A stretch of 64,000 nucleotides of DNA from Squalus acanthias (lineage: Eukaryota): positions 142,912,001-142,976,000 of the forward strand of contig CM059432.1 of assembly GCA_030390025.1 (NCBI GenBank), written 5' to 3'. The stretch's first letter is position 1. Each line of letters starts with the position of its first letter. Shown here in pieces: positions 52,064 through 64,000 of this stretch. Position numbers and translations under genes: made by a program. Below the pieces are notes generated by a model that saw nothing but the letters and a program-made list of their open reading frames with translations, did not search any database and was not told the origin of the DNA.

Positions 52064-53855
52064 GCTTGGCAGCAAAATGGATTACAGGTCTCTCCAGGCT
52101 GAGATTCAAGGCTGCAATGAGCAGGGTGTGGCTGGGGAGCAAGTGGCCCCCCACGCTTTAAGAAGTGTCCGGCGCCAGTGTGTCTGTGTTCCCTCGCTAA
52201 CTGGCAGCAGCTGCGCTGCGCTCGTGCGCTGAGGTAGCGCCTCACTCCTAGGCCTTTGCGCCTTAAGAGAGGTGTGCAGCGCCTAATTTAGCGCTCCACT
52301 CACCTCCCGGGGCGGTAAAAGTGAAGTTTCCTGTCAGTGCCGATAATTAGCGCCAGGCGCTAATATTTGCGCGCGGACGATATTTGCGCCCCAAATGGGG
52401 CGCGACCTAATTTCTACCCCTTAGTGTCCTCTACCGTAAAGACTGAAACAAAATATTTGTTCAACATTTTTGCCATCTCCATGTTTCCCACCATTAATTT
52501 CCCGGTCTCATCCTCTAAGGGACCTACGTTTGCCTTAGCCACCCTTTTTCTTTTTATATAACTATAGAAACTCTTGCTATCTGTTTTTATATTTTTTGCT
52601 AATTTATTTTCATAATCTATCTTCCCTTTCTTAATCAATCCTTTAGTTACTTTTTGCTGTCTTTTGAAGACTTCCCAATCTTCTATCCTCCCACTAAGTT
52701 TGGCTACCTTATATGTCCTTGTTTTTAGTTGGATACTATCCTTAATTTCTTTACTTAGCCACGGATGGCTGTCATTTCTTTTACACCCTTTTTTCCTCAG
52801 TGGAATATATATTTTTTGAAAGTTGTAAAATAACTCCTTAAATGAACACCACTGCTCATGTACCGTCTTACCCTTTAATCTATTTTCCCAGTCCACTTTA
52901 ATCAATTCCGCTCTCATGCCATCATAGTCTCCTTTATTCAAGCTCAGTACGCTTGTCTGAGAACCAACCTTCTCACCCTCTAATTGGATATGGAATTCAA
53001 CCATGTTATGGTCACTCATTCCAAGGGGATCCTTAACTAGGACATTATTAATTAATCCTGACTCATTACGCAGGACCAGGTCCAAGGTTGCTTGCCCCCT
53101 TGTAGGATCAGTTACATACTGCTCTAGAAATCCATCCCTAATACACTCAATGAACTCTTCCTCAAGGCTGCCCTGCCCAATTTGATTTGTCCAGTTAATA
53201 TGATAGTTAAAATCCCCCATAATTATAGCTGTTCCCTTATTACATGCCCCAATTATTTCCTGATTAATACTTCTTCCAGCAGAGTTGCAACTATTAGGAG
53301 GCCTATATACTACTCCCACTAGTGTTTTTTTCCCTTGATTATTCCTTATCTCCACCCAAACTGTTTCATTATCCTAATCCTTTGACCCAATATAATTTCT
53401 CTGTAATACAGTGATTCCTTCCTTTATTAACATAGCTACCCCACCTCCTCTTCCTTCCTGTCTGTCCTTCCTGATTGTTAAATACCCTGGCATATTTAAT
53501 TCCCAGTCGTTGTCACCCTGCAGCCATGTTTCTGTAATGGCCACAAGATCATACCCATACGTAGTTATTTGTACCGTCAATTCGTCTATTTTGTTACGAA
53601 TGCTGCGTGCATTCAGATAAAGAACTTTTAAATATGTTTTGTGACAATTTATTCCTGCTTTTACCCCCTTTACTACTTTACCTTTATCTTTATATATTCT
53701 GTCCCTTCCTGACACGCTCTGGTTTTTAATTACCCCACTGCTACTTTGCTCTATTGCCTTCTCCGCTGACATTTTTATTTTTTGCTCTCTTGAAACCTCC
53801 CCCCCACTAATTAGTTTAAAGCCCTCTCTACAGCCCTAGTTATTCGATTCAGATA

Positions 53856-56800
53856 ATTGTTCCAGATAATTCTTGTTTGATCAATACACACAGTTCTAGA
53901 TTTTTCTAATCATGAGCTGTACACATAGTTCCAGATTATTCTAGTCCTGATCTGTACATACAGTTCCAGAATATTCTAGTCCTGATCTGTACAAACATTT
54001 CTAGATTATTCTAACACTGATTTGTTCACACATTTCCAGTTTATTCTAGTCCTGATTTTTACACACAGTACCAGGTTATTCTAGTTTTGATCTCTACACA
54101 CAGTTGCACAATAATCTAGTCCTGATATGTACACATAGTTCCAGTTTATTCTTGTTTTGATCGGTACACACTATTCTAGATTATTCCAGTCCTGATCTGT
54201 ACACCCAGTTCAGATTATTCTACTCCTGATCTGCACACAGAGTTCCAGATTATTCTAGTCGTGATCTGTACATGCAGTTCCAGATTATTCTAGCACTGAC
54301 CTTTTCACACAGTTCCAGATAATTCTAGTCCTGATCTGTACACATAGTTCCAGATTATTCTAGTCCTGATCTGTACACACAGTTCAAGATTATTCTAGTC
54401 CTGATCTGTACACACATTTCCAGCTTATTCCAATCCTGATCTGTACGCACAGTCCAAGTTTATTCTAGTCCTGATCTGTACACAAAGTTGAAGATTATTT
54501 TAGTCCTGATCTGTACACACAGTTCCAGATTATTCTAGTTCTGATCTCTACACACAGTTCCAGAATATTCTAGTTCTGATCTGTACACATAGTTCCAGAT
54601 TATTCTTGTTTTGATCATAACACACAGTTCGAGATTATTCTAGTCCTGATCTGTACATTCAGTTCCAGATTATTCTAGTCCTGATCTGAATAAACAGTTC
54701 CAGATTATTCTAGTCTTGATGAGTACACACAGTTCCAGTTTATTCTACTCCTGATCTATACATGCAGTTCCAGTTTATTCTGATCCTGATATAACACCCA
54801 GTTCCAGATTATTCCAGTCCTGATCTGTACACACAGTTCCAGATTATTCTAGTCCTGATCAGTACACACAGTTCCAGATTATTCTAGTCCTGATCTGTAC
54901 ACACAGTTCCAGAATATTCTAGTCCTGATCTGTACACATTGTTCCACATAATTGTTGTTTTGATCATTACACACAGTTCCAGATTATTCTAGTCCTGACC
55001 TGTACACACATTTCCAGAATATTGGTGTCCTGATCTGTACACACAGTTCCAGATTATACTAGTCCTGATCTGAACACACAGTTCCAGATTATTCTAGTCC
55101 TGATCTGAACACACTGTTCCAGATTATTCTTGTCCTGATCTGTACACACTGTTCCAGATTATTCTAGTCCTGATCTGTACAAACAGTTCCAGACTATTAT
55201 AGTTCTGGTCTCGACCCGCAGTTCCAGAATATTCTAGTCCTGATCTATACACATAGTTCCAGATTATTCTTGTTTTGATCATTACAGACAGTTCTAGATT
55301 ATTCTGGTACTGGACTGCATATAAATTGCCAGATTATTCTAGTCCTGATCTGTACACACCATTCCAGATTATTCTAATCCTGATGTGTACACACAGTTCC
55401 AGATTATTCTAATCCAGATCTGTACACACTGTTCCATATTATTTTAGTCCTGCTCTGTACACAGAGTTCAACATTATTCTAGTCCTGATCTGTACAAACA
55501 GTTCCAGATTATTATAGTTCTGATCTCTACACACAGTTCCAGATAATTCTAGTCCTGATCTGTACATGCAGTTCCAGAGTATTCTAGTCCAGATCTGTAC
55601 ACACAGTTCCAGATTATTCTATTCCTGATCTGTACACACAGTTCCAGATTATTCTAGTCCTGATTTTTACAAACAGTACCAGGTTATTCTAGTTTTGATC
55701 TCTACACACAGTTCCACAATATTCTCGTCCTGATATGTACGCATAGTTCCAGTTTATTCTTGTTTTGATTGGTACACACTATTCTAGATTATTCCAGTCC
55801 TGATCTGTACACAGAGTTCCAGATTATTCTAGTCGTGATCTATACACACAGTTCCAGATTATTCTAGCACTGATCTTTGCACACCGTTCCAGATAATTCT
55901 AGTCCTGATCTGTACACACAGTTCCAGATTATTCTAGTCCTGATCTGTACACACAGTTCCAGATTATTCTAGTCCTGATCTGTACACACAGTTCCAGTTT
56001 ATTCTCATCCTGATATAACACACAGTTCAAGATTATTCCAGTTCTGATTTGTACACACGGTTCCAGATTATTCTAGTCCTGATCTGTACACACGTTTCCA
56101 TAATATTCTAGTCCTGATCTGTACACACAGTTCCAGATTATTCTAGTCCTGATCTGTACACACAGTTCCAGAATATTCTAGTCCTGATCTGTACACACAG
56201 TTCCAGATAATTATGGTTTTGATCATTACACACAGTTCTAGATTGCTCTAATCCTGATCTGTACACACAGTGCCAGATTATTCTAGCACTGACCTTTGCA
56301 CATAGTTCCAGATAATTCTGGACCTGACCTGTACACACAGTTCCAGATTATTCTAGTCCTCTTCTGCACACACAGTTCCAGATTATTCTAGTCCTGATCT
56401 GAACACACATTTCCAGATTATTCTAGTCCTGATCTGTGCACACTGTTCCAGATTATTCTAGTCTTGATCTGTACAAACAGTTCCAGACTATTCTAGTTCT
56501 GATCTCTACCCAGAGTTCCAGAATATTCTAGTCCTGATCAGTACACATAGTTCCAGATTATTCTTGTTTTGATCATTACACACAGTTATAGATTATTCTG
56601 GTACTGGACTGCATACAAAGTGCCAGATTATTCTAGTCCTGATCTGCACACACCATTCCAAATTATTCTAATCCTGATGTGTACACACAGTTCTAGATTA
56701 TTCTAATCCTGATCTGTACACACAGTTCTAGATTATTTCAGTACTGATCTGTACACGCAGTTCAACATTATTCTAGTCCTGATCTGTACACACAGTTCCA

Positions 56801-59800
56801 GATTATTATAGTTCTGATCTCTACACACAGTTCCAGAATATTCTAGTCCTGATCTGTCACACAGTTCCAGAAAATTCTAGTCCTGATCTGTACACGCAGT
56901 TGCAGATTATTCTAGTCCGGATCTGTGCACACAGTTCCAGATTATTCTAGTCCTGATCTGTACACGCCGTTCCAGATTATTCTAGTCCTGATCTGTACAC
57001 ACAGTTCCAGAATATTCTAGTCCTGATCTGTACACACAGTTTCAGATTATTCTAGTCCTGATCTGTACACACAGTTCCAGAATGTTCTAGTCCTGATCTG
57101 TGCACATTGTTCCCGATAATACTGTTTTTATCATTACTCACAGTTCTAGATTATTCGAATCCTAAACTGTACACATAGTTCCAGATTATTCTAGTCCTGA
57201 ACTGTACACACAGTTCCAGATTATTCTAGTTCTGATCTCTACACACAGTTCCAGAATATTGTAGTCCTGATCGTTACACATAGTTCCAGATTATTCTTGT
57301 TTTGATCATTACACACAGTTCTAGGTTATTCTAGTCCTGATCTGTACAAACATTTCTAGATTATGCTAACACTGATTTGTTCACACATTTCCAGTTTATT
57401 CTAGTCCTGATGTGTACACACAGTTCCAGATTATTCTAGTTCTGATCTCTATATACTGTTCCAGGTTATTCAATGCTGATCTGTACACACAGTTCCAGAT
57501 TATTCTAGTTCTGATCTCTATACACAGTTCCAGAATATTCTAGTCCTGATTAGAGCACACAGTTCCAGATTATTCTAGTCCTGATCTGTACACACAGTTC
57601 CAGATTATTCTCGTCCTGATCGGTGCACACAGTTACAGATTATTCTAGTTCTGATCTCTATACACAGTTCCAGATTATTCTAGTCCTGATCTGTACACAC
57701 ATTTCCAGATTATTCCAGTTCTGATCTCTATACACAGTTCCAGAATATTCTAGTCCTGATTAGAGCACACAGTTCCAGATTATTCTACTCCTAATCTGTA
57801 CATGCAGTTCCAGTTTATTCTCATCCTGATATAACACACAGTTCAAGATTATTCCAGTTCTGATTTGTACACACGGTTCCAGATTATTCTAGTCCTGATC
57901 TGTACACACGTTTCCATAATATTCTAGTCCTGATCTGTACACACAGTTCCAGATTATTCTAGTCCTGATCTGTACACACAGTTCCAGAATATTCTAGTCC
58001 TGATCTGTACACACAGTTCCAGATAATTATGGTTTTGATCATTACACACAGTTCTAGATTGCTCTAATCCTGATCTGTACACACAGTGCCAGATTATTCT
58101 AGCACTGACCTTTGCACATAGTTCCAGATAATTCTGGACCTGACCTGTACACACAGTTCCAGATTATTCTAGTCCTCATCTGTACACACAGTTCCAGATT
58201 ATTCTAGTCTTGATGTGTACACACAGTTCCAGTTTATTCTACTCCTGATCTGTACATGCAGTTCCAGTTTATTCTGATACTGATATAACACACAGTTCCA
58301 GATTATTCTAGTCCTGATCTGTCCACACAGTTCCAGATTATTCTAGTCCTGATCTGTACACACCTTTCCAGACTATTCTAGTTCTGATCTCTACCCACAG
58401 TTCCAGAATATTCGTGTCCTGATCTGTACACATAGTTCCAGATTATTCTTGTTTTGATCATTACACACAGTTCTAGATTATTCTGGTACTGGACTGCATA
58501 CAAAGTGCCAGATTATTGTAGTCCTGATCTGCACACACTGTTCCAAATTATTCTAATCCTGATGTGTACACACAGTTCCAGATTATTCTAATCCTGATGT
58601 GTACTCACAGTTCTAGATTATTTCAGTACTGATATGTACACACAGTTCAACATTATTCTAGTCCTGATCTGTACACACAGTTCCAGATTATTATAGTTCT
58701 GATCTCTGCACACAGTTCCAGAATATTCTAGTCCTGATCTGTACACACAGTTCCTGATAATTCTAGTCCTGATCTGTACATGCAGTTCCAGATTACTCTA
58801 GTCCTGATCTGTACACACAGTTCCAGATTATTCTAGTCCCGATCTGTACACGCCGTTCCAGATTATTCTAGTCCTGATCTGTACACACAGTTCCAGATTA
58901 TTCTAGTTCTGATGTGTACGCACATTTCCAGATTATTCAACTCCTAATCTGTACATGCAGTTCCAGTTTATTCTCATCCTGATATAACACACAGTTCCAG
59001 ATTATTCCAGTCCTGATCTGTACACACGGTTCCAGATTATTCTAGTCCTGATCTGTACACACGTTTCCATAATATTCTAGTCCTGATCTGTACACACAGT
59101 TCCAGATTATTCTAGTCCTGATCTGCATACACAGTGCCAGATTATTCTAGCACTGACCTTTGCACACAATTCCAGATAATTCTAGTCCTGATCTGTACAC
59201 ACAGTTCCAGAAAATTCTAGTCCTGTTCTGTACACACAGTTCCAGATTATTCTAGTCCTGATCGGTACACACAGTTCCAGAATATTCTAGTCCTGATCTG
59301 TACACATTGTTCCCGATAATACTGTTTTTATCATTACTCACAGTTCTAGATTATTCTAATCCTCAGATGTACACATTGTTCCAGATTATTCTAGTCCTGA
59401 TCTGTACACACAGTTCCAGATTATTCTAATGCTGGTCTGTACACAAAGTTCCAGATGATTCTAGTCATGATCAGTACACAAACTTCCAGATGATCCTAGT
59501 CCTGATCTGTACACACAGTTCCAGATTATTCTAGTCCTGATCTGTACACACAGTTCCAGTTTATTCTCATCCTGATATAACACACAGTTCAAGATTATTC
59601 CAGTTCTGATTTGTACACACGGTTCCAGATTATTCTAGTCCTGATCTGTACACACGTTTCCATAATATTCTAGTCCTGATCTGTACACACAGTTCCAGAT
59701 TATTCTAGTCCTGATCTGTACACACAGTTCCAGAATATTCTAGTCCTGATCTGTACACACAGTTCCAGATAATTATGGTTTTGATCATTACACACAGTTC

Positions 59801-62800
59801 TAGATTGCTCTAATCCTGATCTGTACACACAGTGCCAGATTATTCTAGCACTGACCTTTGCACATAGTTCCAGATAATTCTGGACCTGACCTGTACACAC
59901 AGTTCCAGATTATTCTAGTCCTCTTCTGCACACACAGTTCCAGATTATTCTAGTCCTGATCTGAACACACATTTCCAGATTATTCTAGTCCTGATCTGTG
60001 CACACTGTTCCAGATTATTCTAGTCTTGATCTGTACAAACAGTTCCAGACTATTCTAGTTCTGATCTCTACCCAGAGTTCCAGAATATTCTAGTCCTGAT
60101 CAGTACACATAGTTCCAGATTATTCTTGTTTTGATCATTACACACAGTTATAGATTATTCTGGTACTGGACTGCATACAAAGTGCCAGATTATTCTAGTC
60201 CTGATCTGCACACACCATTCCAAATTATTCTAATCCTGATGTGTACACACAGTTCTAGATTATTCTAATCCTGATCTGTACACACAGTTCTAGATTATTT
60301 CAGTACTGATCTGTACACGCAGTTCAACATTATTCTAGTCCTGATCTGTACACACAGTTCCAGATTATTATAGTTCTGATCTCTACACACAGTTCCAGAA
60401 TATTCTAGTCCTGATCTGTCACACAGTTCCAGAAAATTCTAGTCCTGATCTGTACACGCAGTTGCAGATTATTCTAGTCCGGATCTGTGCACACAGTTCC
60501 AGATTATTCTAGTCCTGATCTGTACACGCCGTTCCAGATTATTCTAGTCCTGATCTGTACACACAGTTCCAGAATATTCTAGTCCTGATCTGTACACACA
60601 GTTTCAGATTATTCTAGTCCTGATCTGTACACACAGTTCCAGAATGTTCTAGTCCTGATCTGTACACATTGTTCCCGATAATACTGTTTTTATCATTACA
60701 CACAGTTCTAGGTTATTCTAGTCCTGATCTGTACAAACATTTCTAGATTATGCTAACACTGATTTGTTCACACATTTCCAGTTTATTCTAGTCCTGATGT
60801 GTACACACAGTTCCAGATTATTCTAGTTCTGATCTCTATATACTGTTCCAGGTTATTCAATGCTGATCTGTACACACAATTCCAGATTATTCTAGTTCTG
60901 ATCTCTATACACAGTTCCAGAATATTCTAGTCCTGATTAGAGCACACAGTTCCAGATTATTCTAGTACTGATCTGTACACACATTTCCAGATTATTCTTG
61001 TCCTGATGTGTACATACAGTTCCAGATTATTCTACTCCTAATCTGTACATGCAGTTCCAGTTTATTCTCATCCTGATATAACACACAGTTCAAGATTATT
61101 CCAGTTCTGATTTGTACACACGGTTCCAGATTATTCTAGTCCTGATCTGTACACACGTTTCCATAATATTCTAGTCCTGATCTGTACACACAGTTCCAGA
61201 TTATTCTAGTCCTGATCTGTACACACAGTTCCAGAATATTCTAGTCCTGATCTGTACACACAGTTCCAGATAATTATGGTTTTGATCATTACACACAGTT
61301 CTAGATTGCTCTAATCCTGATCTGTACACACAGTGCCAGATTATTCTAGCACTGACCTTTGCACATAGTTCCAGATAATTCTGGACCTGACCTGTACACA
61401 CAGTTCCAGATTATTCTAGTCCTCATCTGTACACACAGTTCCAGATTATTCTAGTCTTGATGTGTACACACAGTTCCAGTTTATTCTACTCCTGATCTGT
61501 ACATGCAGTTCCAGTTTATTCTGATACTGATATAACACACAGTTCCAGATTATTCTAGTCCTGATCTGTCCACACAGTTCCAGATTATTCTAGTCCTGAT
61601 CTGTACACACGTTTCCAGACTATTCTAGTTCTGATCTCTACCCACAGTTCCAGAATATTCGTGTCCTGATCTGTACACATAGTTCCAGATTATTCTTGTT
61701 TTGATCATTACACACAGTTCTAGATTATTCTGGTACTGGACTGTATACAAAGTGCCAGATTATTGTAGTCCTGATCTGCACACACTGTTCCAAATTATTC
61801 TAATCCTGATGTGTACACACAGTTCCAGATTATTCTAATCCTGATGTGTACTCACAGTTCTAGATTATTTCAGTACTGATATGTACACACAGTTCAACAT
61901 TATTCTAGTCCTGATCTGTACACACAGTTCCAGATTATTATAGTTCTGATCTCTGCACACAGTTCCAGAATATTCTAGTCCTGATCTGTACACACAGTTC
62001 ATGATAATTCTAGTCCTGATCTGTACATGCAGTTCCAGATTATTCTAGTCCTGTTCTGTACACACAGTTCCAGATTATTCTAGTCCCGATCTGTACACGC
62101 CGTTCCAGATTATTCTAGTCCTGATCTGTACACACAGTTCCAGATTATTCTAGTTCTGATGTGTACGCACATTTCCAGATTATTCAACTCCTAATCTGTA
62201 CATGCAGTTCCAGTTTATTCTCATCCTGATATAACACACAGTTCCAGATTATTCTAGTCCTGATCTGCATACACAGTGCCAGATTATTCTAGCACTGACC
62301 TTTGCACACAATTCCAGATAATTCTAGTCCTGATCTGTACACACAGTTCCAGAATATTCTAGTCCTGTTCTGTACACACAGTTCCAGATTATTCTAGTCC
62401 TGATCGGTACACACAGTTCCAGAATATTCTAGTCCTGATCTGTACACATTGTTCCCGATAATACTGTTTTTATCATTACTCACAGTTCTAGATTATTCTA
62501 ATCCTCAGCTGTACACATTGTTCCAGATTATTCTAGTCCTGATCTGTACACACAGTTCCAGATTATTCTAAAGCTGGTCTGTACACAAAGTTCCAGATGA
62601 TTCTAGTCATGATCAGTACACAAACTTCCAGATGATCCTAGTCCTGATCTGTACACACAGTTCCAGATTATTCTAGTCCTGATCTGTACACACAGTTCCA
62701 GTTTATTCTCATCCTGTTTTAACACACAGTTCAAGATTATTCCAGTTCTGATTTGTACACACGGTTGCAGATTATTCTAGTCCTGATCTGTACACACGTT

Positions 62801-64000
62801 TCCATAATATTCTAGTCCTGATCTGTACACACAGTTCCAGATTATTCTAGTCCTGATCTGTACACACAGTTCCAGAATATTCTAGTCCTGATCTGTACAC
62901 ACAGTTCCAGATAATTATGGTTTTGATCTTACACACAGTTCTAAATTGGTCTAATCCTGATCTGTACACACAGTGCCAGATTATTCTAGCACTGACCTTT
63001 GCACATAGTTCCAGATAATTCTGGACCTGACCTGTACACACAGTTCCAGATTATTCTAGTCCTCATCTGTACACACAGTTCCAGATTATTCTAGTCTTGA
63101 TGTGTACACACAGTTCCAGTTTATTCTACTCCTGATCTGTACATGCAGTTCCAGTTTATTCTGATACTGATATAACACACAGTTCCAGATTATTCTAGTC
63201 CTGATCTGTCCACACAGTTCCAGATTATTCTAGTCCTGATCTGTACACACCTTTCCAGACTATTCTAGTTCTGATCTCTACCCACAGTTCCAGAATATTC
63301 GTGTCCTGATCTGTACACATAGTTCCAGATTATTCTTGTTTTGATCATTACACACAGTTCCAGATTATTCTGGTACTGACTGCATACAAAGTGCCAGATT
63401 ATTCTAGTCCTGATCTGCACACACTGTTCCAAATTATTCTAGTCCTGATGTGTACACACAGTTCCAGATTATTCTAATCCTGATGTGTACACACAGTTCT
63501 AGATTATTCAGTACTGATATGTACACACAGTTCAAGATTATTCTAGTCCTGATCTGTACACACAGTTCCAGATTATTCTAGTTCTGATCTCTACACACAG
63601 TTCCAGAATATTCTAGTCCTGATCTGTACACACAGTTCCAGATTATTCTAGTCCTGATCTGTACATGCAGTTCCAGATTACTCTAGTCCTGATCTGTACA
63701 CACAGTTCCAGATTATTCTAGTCCTGATCTGTACACGCCGTTCCAGATTATTCTAGTCCTGATCTGTACACACAGTTCCAGATTATTCTAGTCCTGATGT
63801 GTACACACAGTTCCAGATTATTCTACTCCTGATCTGTACATGCAGTTCCAGTTTATTCTCATCCTGATATAACACACAGTTCCAGATTATTCCAGTCCTG
63901 ATCTGTACACACTGTTCCAGATTATTCTAGTCCTGATCTGTACACACGTTTCCATAATATTCTAGTCCTGATCTGTACACACAGTTCCAGATTATTCTAG
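53856..64000 (+). repeat. 35-bp satellite array, block 4, with 1.5-1.8-kb higher-order units (open at window end)
   Basis: The same variant cassette (spurious ORF) ends at 56338, 58154, 59900, 61401 and 63041. Confidence 0.97.

Larger units (their letters stand above)
48100..52420 (+). mobile_element. Autonomous-type PIF/Harbinger DNA transposon, 4321 bp
   Basis: TIRs GGGGTAAAAATT and AATTTCTACCCC (12 bp, 1 mismatch), TSD TTA (48097-99, 52421-23), and convergent transposase and Myb/SANT genes. Confidence 0.97.
46130..53772 (-). pseudogene. CR1-C ORF2 (APE + RT), fragmented
   Basis: Fragments at 53374-53772, 52421-53355, about 47752-48096, 46719-47394 and 46130-46702. Lesions are an in-frame TAG at 53374, an extra A near 46725 and a TAG near 46703. 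Confidence 0.93.
45932..53855 (-). mobile_element. CR1-clade LINE copy C (different subfamily), 5'-truncated at the end of ORF1, with two nested insertions
   Basis: 6-bp TSD ATTGTT (45926-31, 53856-61) and a (TTATGTTC)2-type tail. Colinear APE/RT fragments rejoin when the insertions are removed (SVFTVEDTK|NIPTLD and GKILESIIK|ETVTEH). Confidence 0.95.

Noticed and set aside
51428..52075. Unspliced 215-aa Myb-like protein
   Set aside because: Its start is TTG and it reads through a consensus donor into intronic repeat sequence. The spliced model from ATG 52063 fits better.
1311..63041. Short 64-66 aa ORFs in the satellite (e.g. 1311, 4064, 56138)
   Set aside because: Chance read-through of the 35-bp monomer, repeated only because of higher-order duplication.

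Overview
Eukaryotic heterochromatin-type window. A cartilaginous fish or other non-mammalian vertebrate is my inference from the repeat families. About 74% is a head-to-tail 35-bp satellite (consensus TTATTCTAGTCCTGATCTGTACACACAGTTCCAGA) with several layers of higher-order repeats. No host genes were found. Three CR1-clade LINEs interrupt the array: A, apparently full length (+, 12853-17865); B, 5'-truncated and of the same subfamily (-, 23462-27019); and C, 5'-truncated and of a different subfamily (-, 45932-53855). CR1-C contains an apparently intact 4.3-kb PIF/Harbinger transposon (TTA TSD, DDE transposase, and a 3-exon Myb/SANT gene that splices in frame) and a 354-bp composite insertion with probable Penelope-like ends around a fold-back copy of neighbouring DNA. 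CR1-A contains a 761-bp non-autonomous relative of that Harbinger. The most notable observation is that all three CR1 copies, from two divergent subfamilies, carry an in-phase U-UUA-AAC slippery heptamer directly before the ORF1 stop, with the -1 frame open into ORF2. This suggests ORF1-ORF2 fusion by -1 programmed ribosomal frameshifting. All analysis was by eye; no searches were run.
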